From Spirochaetales bacterium (GTDB lineage: Bacteria > Spirochaetota > Spirochaetia > CADAEX01), in contig JACKPD010000014.1 of assembly GCA_024233785.1 (NCBI GenBank), positions 488 to 64,487 on the forward strand: a stretch of DNA of 64,000 nt. Reading direction: 5' to 3'. Shown piece after piece: positions 37,917-45,792 of the stretch; the stretch's first letter is position 1, and each line of letters starts with the position of its first letter. Under the pieces are notes generated by a model. That model saw nothing but the letters and a program-made list of their open reading frames with translations, made no database searches and was not told the DNA's origin. The translations under genes were made by a program, and so were the position numbers.

Positions 37917-38683
37917 GCAATGCTGAAATAGTAAAAACTGCAGTAATTACAGGGTACGGCATAAACGCGGACAGGGAACTTGAAAGGGCATTTATCCTTG
38001 CCGGGTCAGAGGCAGAAAGAATTCACATTCAGGATTTGATAGAAAAACCCTCACGCCTTAAGGATTTCCATATACTGGCATTTCCCGGCGGTTTTTCTTT
38101 TGGAGACCATATAGGTTCCGGGCTTGTATTTGCCCATCTTTTTAAAAAGCACCTTATGAGTGAACTGAAATCTTTTATTGATAGCGGAAAACTGATAATC
38201 GGCATCTGCAACGGGTTCCAGGTACTTGTAAAAATGGGAGTGCTGCCTGACTTTGAAGGGGACTGGAGTCCTGATGTATCACTAATTCATAACAATACCG
38301 GCCTTTTTGAAAACAGCTGGCTTACAGTCTCTTTCAACAGCAGTTCACCCTGCGTCTGGACGAAAGGGCTTGATGAAATGGATGTCCCTATCAGGCACGG
38401 GGAAGGGCGTTTTATTACAGCAACAGATGAGGTCCTTGATAAAATTGAAAGAGAAAATCTCGCAGCTTTAAGATATCTTGACAGAAACCCCAATGGTTCG
38501 GTAAACAATATCGCAGGTCTTACAGACAGGACAGGAAGGATACTGGGCCTTATGCCGCACCCTGAAGCGTTTCTCTGCAGGGAAAATCATCCCGGCTGGG
38601 CATCCGGAAATATAACGGAAGGCTCGGGTCTTGAAATATTCAGAAACGGTGTTCAGTACATCAAAAACAGCCTATGCCGGTAA
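37913..38683 (+). CDS. purQ: Phosphoribosylformylglycinamidine synthase, glutaminase subunit
   Basis: Class-I amidotransferase: 'ILAFPGGFSFGD', nucleophile 'GICNGFQVL', 'MPHPE'. Overlaps purL by 4 nt. Confidence 0.9.
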   Translation: MSNAEIVKTAVITGYGINADRELERAFILAGSEAERIHIQDLIEKPSRLKDFHILAFPGGFSFGDHIGSGLVFAHLFKKHLMSELKSFIDSGKLIIGICNGFQVLVKMGVLPDFEGDWSPDVSLIHNNTGLFENSWLTVSFNSSSPCVWTKGLDEMDVPIRHGEGRFITATDEVLDKIERENLAALRYLDRNPNGSVNNIAGLTDRTGRILGLMPHPEAFLCRENHPGWASGNITEGSGLEIFRNGVQYIKNSLCR

Positions 38684-38967
38684 TTAAAATCGCAAATTCC
38701 GGGCAAACTATTAATGCATCCCCTGCGGTATCAATACTGAACATACTTTTAAGGGAAGGAATAAGGATAAACCACCTCTGCGGAGGGAAAGCTGTGTGCG
38801 GAACATGCAGGATTACAATTATTTCGGGGATGGAAAATCTTTCTGCCGTATCTGAAAAGGAAAGAGGCCGGCTTGATGCAATAAAAGCCAAAACAAACCA
38901 GAGACTAGCATGCCAGACTTATGTAAAAGGCGACGCGGAAATTGAAATACCGGGTTTTAAACCGTAA
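38674..38967 (+). CDS. Small [2Fe-2S] ferredoxin-like protein
   Basis: 97 aa. 'CGGKAVCGTCRI' (C-x4-C-x2-C) plus the distal 'LACQT' Cys gives a plant/vertebrate-type 2Fe-2S ligand pattern. Overlaps the purQ stop by 10 nt. Confidence 0.75.
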   Translation: MPVIKIANSGQTINASPAVSILNILLREGIRINHLCGGKAVCGTCRITIISGMENLSAVSEKERGRLDAIKAKTNQRLACQTYVKGDAEIEIPGFKP

Positions 38968-39000
38968 CAGGTGCATTAAAATATTGTTCATGCAGGATTA

Positions 39001-39037
39001 AAAAAAGGCTGAACCCGCTCAGGATTCAGCCTTTTTT
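39001..39037. terminator. Bidirectional rho-independent terminator
   Basis: A6, then 'ggctgaa' (39007-39013) pairing with 'ttcagcc' (39025-39031), then T6. Lies between the convergent ferredoxin and TRAP permease genes. Confidence 0.85.
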
Positions 39038-39049
39038 ATTTACAGTATA

Positions 39050-41251
39050 TTACGAAACCCGTTTTCTCATTGATTCCGGAACTACATAACTTTTAGGCTG
39101 TTTACTAAAAATAAACTGGAAAGCAAAAACTCCTCCGAATACAGCTATGCCAAGAAGAGTCGGGGCAAGTTTCGGCCTTATCATCAGTATGGCGCCAAGG
39201 GCAAGGATAACCCTTTCAACAAGATAGAGTTTCCTCTTCATATATCCGGCCATGACAGACCCGAAAATTACTGAACCGAATATTGCTGTAATGATTGTTA
39301 CAATTGTCATCATTTCAAATGGATGCTGACCAAGCAGCAGTTTTGTGTTGTATACAAAAATAAAAGGAACAATATACGCTACAGCGGCAAGCCGTACCGC
39401 GGCAAATGCTGTAGGCCAGAATTTAGCCCCTGCGATCGCCGAAGCTGTGTAGGAAGTTATCGCAACCGGAGGCGTCAGCTCTGACATAATTCCGAAGTGG
39501 AAGCAGAAAAGGTGAGCTGCCATCGGTTCAACCCCTGCCCGGATCATTATCGGAACAGTAAGTATTGTCATAAGAATATAGTTGGCAACTGTAGGTACGC
39601 CCATGCCCAGGATTAGGCACATAACCATTGTAATGAGCAGTGTGAGAAGCAGGTTATCCTGTGCCAGGACAGCAAGGAATGCCGATATTCTCGGGGTAAG
39701 ACCTGTAAGCGTCGCAGTCCCTACAACAAAGCCGGCAATAGCGGAAGGAATCGCGACAACTGTAAGAGTCTGGCCCGCGTTGCTTAAAATATTTATGAAT
39801 TTTTTTGAATTAAGTCTGGTTTCTTTCCTGATCATGGCAAGGATAAGACAGAGGACAAAAGACCAGAATGAAGCCATCATCGGTGTATATCCGTCTATAA
39901 GCATATAAACAAGAGAAACAACAGGGAGGAACAGATACCCTCTCATTACCGCTTCCCTTTTCCATGGCGGGATTTCGCTCTTTTTAAGCCCTATTGCCCC
40001 TATCCTGTGAGATTCAAAATGAATCATTGAAAAGACTGAAGTGTAGTACAGAAGGGCAGGAAGAGCTGCCGCGGTGGCAACTTCCAGATAGCTTACACCG
40101 AGGAATTCAGCCATTATAAATGCCACAGCGCCCATAACCGGAGGTGTTATCTGTCCGCCCATTGAAGCTGCGGCTTCAGTCGCGCCTGCGAGATGAGCTG
40201 GAATACCTGTCCTTTTCATAAGAGGTATAGTTACAATACCAGTTGTCGCTACATTTGAGGTTGATGAACCGCTGATTGTTGCGAACATGCTGCTTGCGAC
40301 AACAGCCATTTTCGCCGGTCCCCCGACCATATGCCCGAATACCCCCTTAGCGATTGTTAGAAGGACTTCAGCAAGACCGGAGCCATGAAGAGCTGCACCA
40401 AGGAGAAGAAAAAGGGCAATATAACTGGCTGATACACCGAGAGGGGTGGACCAGAGTCCCGCGTCGGTAAGGATGAAATGCCTGATTATCATCCTGACCT
40501 GGAAACCCGGATGCCAGAACACGCCCGGGAAAATCATGCCGAACCTTGAATAGACAAGCATGAGTATACCGATAACCATGAGGGTATGACCGATAGACCT
40601 TCTTGTCGTTTCAAGAACTACAAGAATAAGCATGAATCCCGCTATCTGGTCAAAAAGTGTTACTATACCTGCCCTCTCCATTATGTTATCAGAAAAAATC
40701 GCGATATAGGCACAGCCCATAATACCGAATGCCATAAACACATAGTCATACCAGATAACTGTTGTTTCATAGGCTTTCCCAATTTTTTTCCTCCAGTTGA
40801 GAGTAAGGTATCTCGAATAAAACAGCAGACCGAAAATCACTACAAATGAGACCACTGAGATTAATGTGGAATTCATTTTCAGGCTATCCATTGTCAGGAA
40901 AAAAGATGTCCAGAATCCAACCCCGAGAAAAGCATAGGGCAGATACGGCTCTTTCGCTGAACCCTGGTTCTTGTTTGCCGAAAATTTCATTAAACAAATC
41001 ACAATTGCGAATGCAAGATGGATGGAACGCTGCTTCAATGCGGTGTAAGGAACAAAAACCGTATAAAGATGAAATACACCGTACAGCGCCGCAATAGCGA
41101 CAAGGACTTTAGCGGCAAGTACATCAAAATCCCTGTGCCCGGAAGTTTTTCTTTCTAGTTCCTTGGCCCTTGCCTCAATTTCAAGAGCTTCTTTTTTTTC
41201 CTGTTCTGTCATTTTTGACATGTCAAGGACATTCAACAAATCGTCACTCAT
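39050..41251 (-). CDS. TRAP transporter fused permease (TAXI-type 4TM/12TM fusion), paralog B
   Basis: 733 aa, highly hydrophobic. 'GGPAKMAVVASSMFATISGSSTSNVATTGIVTIPLMKRTGIP' and 'GGQITPPVMGAVAFIMAEF' are DctM-like segments. By eye about 75-80% identical to the upstream paralog. Confidence 0.88.
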   Translation of the reverse strand: MSDDLLNVLDMSKMTEQEKKEALEIEARAKELERKTSGHRDFDVLAAKVLVAIAALYGVFHLYTVFVPYTALKQRSIHLAFAIVICLMKFSANKNQGSAKEPYLPYAFLGVGFWTSFFLTMDSLKMNSTLISVVSFVVIFGLLFYSRYLTLNWRKKIGKAYETTVIWYDYVFMAFGIMGCAYIAIFSDNIMERAGIVTLFDQIAGFMLILVVLETTRRSIGHTLMVIGILMLVYSRFGMIFPGVFWHPGFQVRMIIRHFILTDAGLWSTPLGVSASYIALFLLLGAALHGSGLAEVLLTIAKGVFGHMVGGPAKMAVVASSMFATISGSSTSNVATTGIVTIPLMKRTGIPAHLAGATEAAASMGGQITPPVMGAVAFIMAEFLGVSYLEVATAAALPALLYYTSVFSMIHFESHRIGAIGLKKSEIPPWKREAVMRGYLFLPVVSLVYMLIDGYTPMMASFWSFVLCLILAMIRKETRLNSKKFINILSNAGQTLTVVAIPSAIAGFVVGTATLTGLTPRISAFLAVLAQDNLLLTLLITMVMCLILGMGVPTVANYILMTILTVPIMIRAGVEPMAAHLFCFHFGIMSELTPPVAITSYTASAIAGAKFWPTAFAAVRLAAVAYIVPFIFVYNTKLLLGQHPFEMMTIVTIITAIFGSVIFGSVMAGYMKRKLYLVERVILALGAILMIRPKLAPTLLGIAVFGGVFAFQFIFSKQPKSYVVPESMRKRVS

Positions 41252-41284
41252 TATTTCCTTTCCTTTTAATTAGCATTTATTTTT

Positions 41285-41303
41285 ATTCTTTGAACCAAAG
41301 AAT
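41285..41303. promoter_or_regulatory. Perfect 8-3-8 palindrome ATTCTTTG-AAC-CAAAGAAT, 33 nt upstream of the permease B start codon
   Basis: Read directly from the sequence. A near-identical copy sits at the same offset before permease A (44070-44088). Confidence 0.6.
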
Positions 41304-41583
41304 ACTTTTTTCATAAGTAAACTTTTCCGTATATGAGATATCTTTTCTGATTTTAATTATTTATAATTGAATTATTGAGGCAGTAAGGTGTTTTAACCCC
41401 GGCTCTGTTTTTCCTTATTACATAAATATTATATGAGTTTAGGGGTGAAACGGCACAGGACCTTTTCCCTGAAACTCGGAATAAAATTCAATTTCCTGTG
41501 ACACCAGGTTAAGGAACATGATGAATCAACCCCTGTCACTTCATAAAAAAAAATTATTACCGCAGTTCTCTCTGGATATCTTA

Positions 41584-41614
41584 ATAATAGCGTCCTGTCT
41601 GCCTGTTTTGTCAA
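41584..41614 (-). promoter_or_regulatory. Candidate sigma70-type promoter for permease B
   Basis: On the minus strand, TTGACA (41614..41609), a 19-nt spacer, then TATTAT (41589..41584). The spacer is longer than optimal. It would give a leader of about 320 nt. Confidence 0.3.
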
Positions 41615-41756
41615 GTGTTATTTTTAACATAAATCTAATTATTTTTTAATATATCAAATATGTCTATTAAGTATGTTATATCCACCACGCGGCCTGGGGA
41701 TACTGATACCGGAATAAGGTTAAATACTTAAATCAATGACAATAAAATTCAAAAGG

Positions 41757-41786
41757 AAAAAAAAGAGCCGCTTTGAAAGCGGCTCT
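41757..41786 (-). terminator. Rho-independent terminator after TRAP permease A
   Basis: 'agagccgc' (41764-41771) pairs with 'gcggctct' (41779-41786). An A8 run at 41757-41764 gives T8 on the minus strand. It lies 28 nt downstream of the stop of gene 41814..44036. Confidence 0.85.
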
Positions 41787-41813
41787 TTAAAATAGTAAGT
41801 TAATATTTCCGGG

Positions 41814-44036
41814 TTACTTTTTTGCCGCTTCCTTTTCTGCCATTCTTGCTTTTACAGATTCAGGTACAACATAGCTTTTCGGGTTTTTCTTATAAACAAA
41901 CTGTACTACGAATACCAGGATGATTATAGCAATACCGGTAAGAGTAGGTATCAGCTTGGGACGGATCATAAGAATTGCGCCCAGTGCAAGTACTACTCTT
42001 TCTATCAGGTACATTTTCCTCTTAAGATATCCTGCCATTGTCGCCCCGAACATGACCGCGCCTGCAATAGCGGTGATAATTGTTACTAAAGTCATTAATG
42101 TAAACGGGTGCTGTCCAAGGAGGAGGTTAGTGTTGAATACAAAGAGGTACGGAACTATATAGGCAACAGCTGCAAGGCGGACCGCCGCAAACGCAGTGGG
42201 CCAGAACTTGGCTCCCGCGATCGCCGATGCAGTATAGGATGTAATCGCGACCGGAGGTGTAAGCTCGGACATAATTCCAAAGTGGAATGCGAAAAGGTGC
42301 GCAGCCATCGGCTCAACTCCTGCCCTGAGCATTATCGGAACAGTAAGAATTGTCATAAGAATATAGTTCGCGACTGTCGGTACACCCATTCCAAGGATAA
42401 GACACATTACCTGCGTAATAATCAGTGTAAGCAGGAGACTGTCCTTAGCGAGGATTGCAAGGGCTGCGGATACTCTTGGGGCAAGCCCTGTAAGTGTCGC
42501 GGTACCTACAACGAAACCGGCTACAGCTGAAGGGATAGCAACAACAGTTAATGTCTGCGCTGCCGAAGCAAGAACATTGCCGAACTTTTTAAAATCAAGC
42601 CGTGTGTCTTTTTTTATCATTGATAAAGCGATCGCGAGTATAAATGATGTAAACCCAGCCCTCATCGGTGTGTAACCGTCAATAAGCATATATACAAGTA
42701 CAATTACAGGGAGAAAAAGATAGCTGCCGTAAAGAGCATCTTTTTTCCATGGCGGAATTTCGCTTCTTTTAAGTCCAATCGCGCCGATTCTGTGTGATTC
42801 AAAATGTATCATTGAATATACAGCAGAATAGTAAAGCGCTGCGGGAAGAGCTGCGGCTGCCATAACAACAACGTAACTGACTCCCAGAAACTCTGCCATG
42901 ATAAACGCAACTGCGCCCATTACAGGAGGGGTAATCTGACCGCCCATTGATGCCGCGGCTTCTGTTGCGCCTGCAAGGTGAGCCGGGATACCTGTTTTTT
43001 TCATAAGAGGTATAGTTACAATACCTGTTGTAGCAACATTGGAAGTAGAAGAACCGCTTATCATTGCGAAAAGGCTGCTGGCAACAACGGCCATTTTAGC
43101 AGGTCCGCCGACCATGGTTCCGAAAATACCTCTTGCGATTTTAAGGAGAATTTCCGCAAGCCCTGAAGCATGAAGGGCCGCACCAAAAAGGAGGAACATC
43201 GAGATAAATGTTGATGATACTCCAAGAGGGGTTGACCAGAGCCCTGAGTCAGTAAGGATAAAATGCCTTATAATCATTGACACCTGGAACCCGGGATGCC
43301 AGAAAACTCCTGGAAAGAGGAACCCGAACCGGCTGTAAATAAGCATAAGGACACCAATAATCATAAGTGTATGTCCAATTGACCGTCTTGTAGCTTCAAG
43401 AACGGTAAGGATCAGGAAAAATCCTACAATCTGGTCAAAAAGCATTACAATACCGGCTCTTTCCATTATCTTGTCAACATAGAGTGCAATATATGTACAT
43501 CCTATTACTGCAAACGCCATAAAGACGTAATCATACCACATCGGCACAGATTCATAGGATTTTCCGATTTTAATTCTCTTTTTACGGGTTAGCATCCTTG
43601 CATAAAAGAGCAGTCCGAAAATCACAATAAATGAACCTATTGCAATAACATTGGTAAGAACGCCAATACTCTGCAGATATAGAAAAAGAGCCGTCCAGAA
43701 ACCAATTCCCAAAAGAACGTAAGGTACCCACGGTTCCTTATCCGCCCCCTGATTCTTATTTGCCGAAAATTTCAGCAGACAGATAATAATGGCAAATAAA
43801 AGGTGAATTGCTCTCTGCCTTAAGGCAATAAGAAGACCAAATGCACCGGTGTAAAGATGAAAAATACTCATACCAATTGCTATTGCCGCAATTATCTTGA
43901 GACCGAGTGCACCGGAATCCCTGTGTCCGGAAGTTTCTTTCTCAAGCTTTTTGGCTCTTTCCGCAATTTCAAGAGCCTCCTGCTTTTCCTCTTCCGACAT
44001 CCCAGTTGTGTTGAGATTTAATAATTCGTCGCTCAT
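41814..44036 (-). CDS. TRAP transporter fused permease (TAXI-type 4TM/12TM fusion), paralog A
   Basis: 740 aa. Same conserved segments as paralog B ('GGPAKMAVVASSLFAMISGSSTSNVATTGIVTIPLMKKTGIP'). Lies downstream of the TAXI binding-protein gene. Confidence 0.88.
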   Translation of the reverse strand: MSDELLNLNTTGMSEEEKQEALEIAERAKKLEKETSGHRDSGALGLKIIAAIAIGMSIFHLYTGAFGLLIALRQRAIHLLFAIIICLLKFSANKNQGADKEPWVPYVLLGIGFWTALFLYLQSIGVLTNVIAIGSFIVIFGLLFYARMLTRKKRIKIGKSYESVPMWYDYVFMAFAVIGCTYIALYVDKIMERAGIVMLFDQIVGFFLILTVLEATRRSIGHTLMIIGVLMLIYSRFGFLFPGVFWHPGFQVSMIIRHFILTDSGLWSTPLGVSSTFISMFLLFGAALHASGLAEILLKIARGIFGTMVGGPAKMAVVASSLFAMISGSSTSNVATTGIVTIPLMKKTGIPAHLAGATEAAASMGGQITPPVMGAVAFIMAEFLGVSYVVVMAAAALPAALYYSAVYSMIHFESHRIGAIGLKRSEIPPWKKDALYGSYLFLPVIVLVYMLIDGYTPMRAGFTSFILAIALSMIKKDTRLDFKKFGNVLASAAQTLTVVAIPSAVAGFVVGTATLTGLAPRVSAALAILAKDSLLLTLIITQVMCLILGMGVPTVANYILMTILTVPIMLRAGVEPMAAHLFAFHFGIMSELTPPVAITSYTASAIAGAKFWPTAFAAVRLAAVAYIVPYLFVFNTNLLLGQHPFTLMTLVTIITAIAGAVMFGATMAGYLKRKMYLIERVVLALGAILMIRPKLIPTLTGIAIIILVFVVQFVYKKNPKSYVVPESVKARMAEKEAAKK

Positions 44037-44069
44037 TAGTTAATTATCCTTCTTTTTCAAAAATATTTG

Positions 44070-44088
44070 TTTCCTTGAACCAAAGAAT
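44070..44088. promoter_or_regulatory. Second copy of the palindromic element (TTTCCTTG-AAC-CAAAGAAT), 33 nt upstream of the permease A start codon
   Basis: The right half-site and spacer are identical to 41285-41303. The left half has 2 mismatches, one within the core (T->C). The offset to the ATG is identical. Confidence 0.55.
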
Positions 44089-44160
44089 TAAGACCCTGAA
44101 TAAATAACTGCCCATAAAAGGGTATTTAGATTACCCTTGTGAACATTTATTACTAAAAAC

Positions 44161-44186
44161 TGATTGAAAAAAATATTTTTCAATCA
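44161..44186 (-). terminator. AT-rich perfect 11-bp inverted repeat (possible intercistronic attenuator)
   Basis: 'tgattgaaaaa' - aata - 'tttttcaatca'. On the minus strand the hairpin is followed by 'gttttta'. The stem is almost all A/T, so stability is low. Confidence 0.35.
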
Positions 44187-44217
44187 TATAGCTGTAATTC
44201 GAAGTTTTAATACCTGC

Positions 44218-44333
44218 AGACTCAAACCCGACGACTGGAAACCTGAAGACTCAAACCCGACGACCAAAAATCTAATGACTCAAACCCGACGACCAAAAAT
44301 CCATAGACCCAAACCCGACGACCAAAAATCTGA
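44218..44333. repeat. Four head-to-tail copies of a 29-bp repeat (core ACTCAAACCCGACGACC)
   Basis: Units at 44218, 44247, 44276 and 44305: agactcaaacccgacgactggaaacctga / agactcaaacccgacgaccaaaaatctaa / tgactcaaacccgacgaccaaaaatccat / agacccaaacccgacgaccaaaaatctga. Exact 29-bp period. Starts 17 nt after the stop of the TAXI binding-protein gene. Confidence 0.95.
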
Positions 44334-44350
44334 AGTATTGAACTTCACTT

Positions 44351-45340
44351 TTACTTTATTAACCCTTTTTCCCTGTAAAACTTTTCAGCTCCCGGATGAA
44401 GGGGGACAGGCCCTTTTCCCGAAAGCGCATTATCAAGATTAATGTAAGATGACATTTCATGGACAGATCTGATTAAATCAAGACCTTCTCCGTAAAGGGT
44501 ACTTATTAAATCATAAACCACCCTTTCGCTTACTCTTTCATCTGCAATAATTACACCATCAACAGCAACAGTTTCAACATCTGTCTTCTGCCCCGCATAT
44601 GTTCCGGCAGGAATTGTCCACGGCTTATACCAGCCGTATTTATTAATAAGGTCCTTCCTCTCCATACCGCCGACAGAAAGAATTTTTACAGGCATCCTGG
44701 CCGATGTCTCAAGGACAGATCCGGAAGGGCAGGATGTTTCAAAACCAACGGCATCAACAATCAGAGCCTTGAAAGCCATCCCCCTTTCTTCATCAGAAAG
44801 TGAATGCCATATAATTTCTTTTTCGCTGATATTGAAAGCCGCATCAAATATTTCCTGCCATGCGCTTTCTTCCCCGATATCCGTATTATCAATTTTAACA
44901 GGCGAAAAAGTTTTCCCTTTCAAATCGTAAACACTGTTTATACCGCTGTTTTTCTGTACTACCATCTGAAAAACTACAGGGTAGAGATTTGTAACAAACT
45001 TCATCCTGCGGTACGGTTTACCTTCAAAATATTTTATGCCCTTATATCCGTAAACCATGACATTGGCTTCTGTAATTCCCAGATCATATTTACCGTTCCG
45101 CATCAGGTTTATGTTTTCTATACCGCCCCCTGATGACTGAACAGCAATAATTGTATCGCTGTATTTCATGCACACCCCGGAAATTCTGGAGGCTGTCGGA
45201 TACCAGCTGCTTTCAAATCCGGAAGAACCCATTACAGCATCATAACCTGAGGACATGGAAACTTCATTTTGCCCTTCCGGCAGACCGTATTGGATTATAA
45301 GTAAAAACAGGCACACTGCCGGCATAATTACCTTATGCAA
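44351..45340 (-). CDS. TAXI-family TRAP transporter solute-binding protein
   Basis: 'SSWYPTASRISGV...IIAVQSSGGGIENINLMRNGKYDLGITEANVMVYGYKG' matches the TAXI pattern. TTG start at 45340 preceded by GGGGG. Short signal peptide 'MHKVIMPAVCLFLLIIQYG'. Confidence 0.8.
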   Translation of the reverse strand: MHKVIMPAVCLFLLIIQYGLPEGQNEVSMSSGYDAVMGSSGFESSWYPTASRISGVCMKYSDTIIAVQSSGGGIENINLMRNGKYDLGITEANVMVYGYKGIKYFEGKPYRRMKFVTNLYPVVFQMVVQKNSGINSVYDLKGKTFSPVKIDNTDIGEESAWQEIFDAAFNISEKEIIWHSLSDEERGMAFKALIVDAVGFETSCPSGSVLETSARMPVKILSVGGMERKDLINKYGWYKPWTIPAGTYAGQKTDVETVAVDGVIIADERVSERVVYDLISTLYGEGLDLIRSVHEMSSYINLDNALSGKGPVPLHPGAEKFYREKGLIK

Positions 45341-45627
45341 AATTAACCCCCGCCAGAGTGTTTTTGATACACACCTGATAGCTATAGCATTAACCCGTGA
45401 GTATTTCTATTTTAACGCTCTATTACCATGTTTTGTCAAGAACTATTTTTAACTATTTTTTAATTGATTTTTAATATATTCAATATCTCTATTTTATAAT
45501 TTATGTCCATTTTATTGCTGATTTATTTTAATAAGTGCCTTAAATCTGTTAAATTTAACAATATCAGCCCCTTTTTTAAGTAAAGACAGACTCTCTTTTG
45601 ATTTTTTTTATTATTAACAGCCAAGAG

Positions 45628-45664
45628 GTTATGACAATCATAACAATATTTCATGATAAATCAT
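45628..45664. promoter_or_regulatory. Two related small palindromes (GTTATGA-caa-TCATAAC and ATGAT-aa-ATCAT) about 22 bp apart
   Basis: 45628-45644 is a perfect 7-3-7 and 45653-45664 a perfect 5-2-5. Both share an ATGA...TCAT core and lie 40-75 bp upstream of the candidate -35 at 45704. Confidence 0.4.
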
Positions 45665-45703
45665 TTTTAGATAAATTTATATTAAATATCAGCATAGCCG
45701 GGA

Positions 45704-45731
45704 TTGACTATTATCCTGCTAATGTTAGAAT
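45704..45731 (+). promoter_or_regulatory. Candidate sigma70-type promoter of the class-V aminotransferase gene
   Basis: TTGACT (45704-45709), 16 nt, TAGAAT (45726-45731). About 60 nt upstream of the AAGGAG ribosome-binding site and the ATG at 45793. Confidence 0.4.
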
Positions 45732-45792
45732 ACAGTTATTCAATTTAATATTGCTATCATTTTATTGTTATCATTAAACGAAGGAGAATGTA

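Noticed and set aside
41429-41614. 61-aa ORF in the long spacer between the TRAP permease genes
   Set aside because: It has no Shine-Dalgarno sequence and unusual Cys/Trp/Arg-rich composition, and it overlaps the candidate promoter. It is more likely non-coding. Kept only as part of the leader-region finding.
44218-44333. Possible CRISPR array (29-bp repeat length is CRISPR-like)
   Set aside because: The units are directly contiguous with no unique spacers. The repeat has no palindromic core and no cas genes are nearby. This is a tandem repeat, not a CRISPR array.
44164-44442. 92-aa plus-strand ORF with a repetitive 'KPDD...NPTT...RPKP' sequence
   Set aside because: It is the literal translation of the 29-bp tandem repeat. 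It has no ribosome-binding site and runs antisense into the 3' end of the TAXI binding-protein gene, so I treat it as an artefact of the repeat.
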